Shown one piece after another: positions 63,929-64,000 of a DNA stretch of 64,000 nucleotides. The DNA is taken from NCBI RefSeq assembly GCF_003334355.1, contig NZ_QOWP01000001.1; one strand, written 5' to 3'. The position numbers and the translations under genes are program-made. The notes under the pieces were generated by a model, which did not search any database, was not told where the DNA came from, and saw only the letters and a list, made by a program, of their open reading frames with translations. Numbering within the stretch: the stretch's first letter is position 1; every line of letters starts with the position of its first letter. The DNA is from Escherichia coli. GTDB taxonomy: Bacteria; Pseudomonadota; Gammaproteobacteria; Enterobacterales; Enterobacteriaceae.

Positions 63929-64000
63929 ATGCCTGGCAGTTCCCTACTCTCGCATGGGGAGACCCCACACTACCATCGGCGCTACGGCGTTTCACTTCTG
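63929..64000 (-). rRNA. 5S ribosomal RNA, third copy (3' portion; truncated by the window end)
   Basis: Same sequence as the 3' part of the other 5S copies; the gene continues beyond position 64000. Confidence 0.9.

Overview
This window reads as a contiguous stretch of Escherichia coli core chromosome, colinear with the K-12 map from arcB (partial, at the window start) through the glutamate synthase genes, the nan sialic-acid operon, dcuD, sspAB, rpsI-rplM, zapE, degQ/degS, mdh, argR, aaeXAB/aaeR, tldD, yhdP, rng, maf, mreBCD, csrD, acuI, accBC, panF, prmA, dusB-fis, acrS/acrEF and yhdWXYZ, ending in the 3' end of an rRNA operon (rrnD-like) on the minus strand. Gene calls rest on my recognition of the translated ORFs and on start-codon/RBS inspection; no searches were run. 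Almost everything is ordinary, well-described housekeeping content, and I do not see a convincing new multi-gene system such as a defence island, a biosynthetic cluster or a mobile element with cargo. The one clearly atypical locus is the ~1 kb between gltD and yhcH (8067-9126). From memory, K-12 carries gltF, a yhcADEF fimbrial cluster and full-length yhcG here. This window instead has a truncated yhcG-like (DUF1016) fragment ending in three 39-bp-spaced imperfect palindromes, followed by an AT-rich orphan ORF of about 101 aa that I cannot assign to any family. The second structural oddity is at the window end: the 5S rRNA / tRNA-Thr unit is present as an exact 245-bp tandem repeat, giving one more 5S-tRNA unit than I recall for K-12 rrnD.
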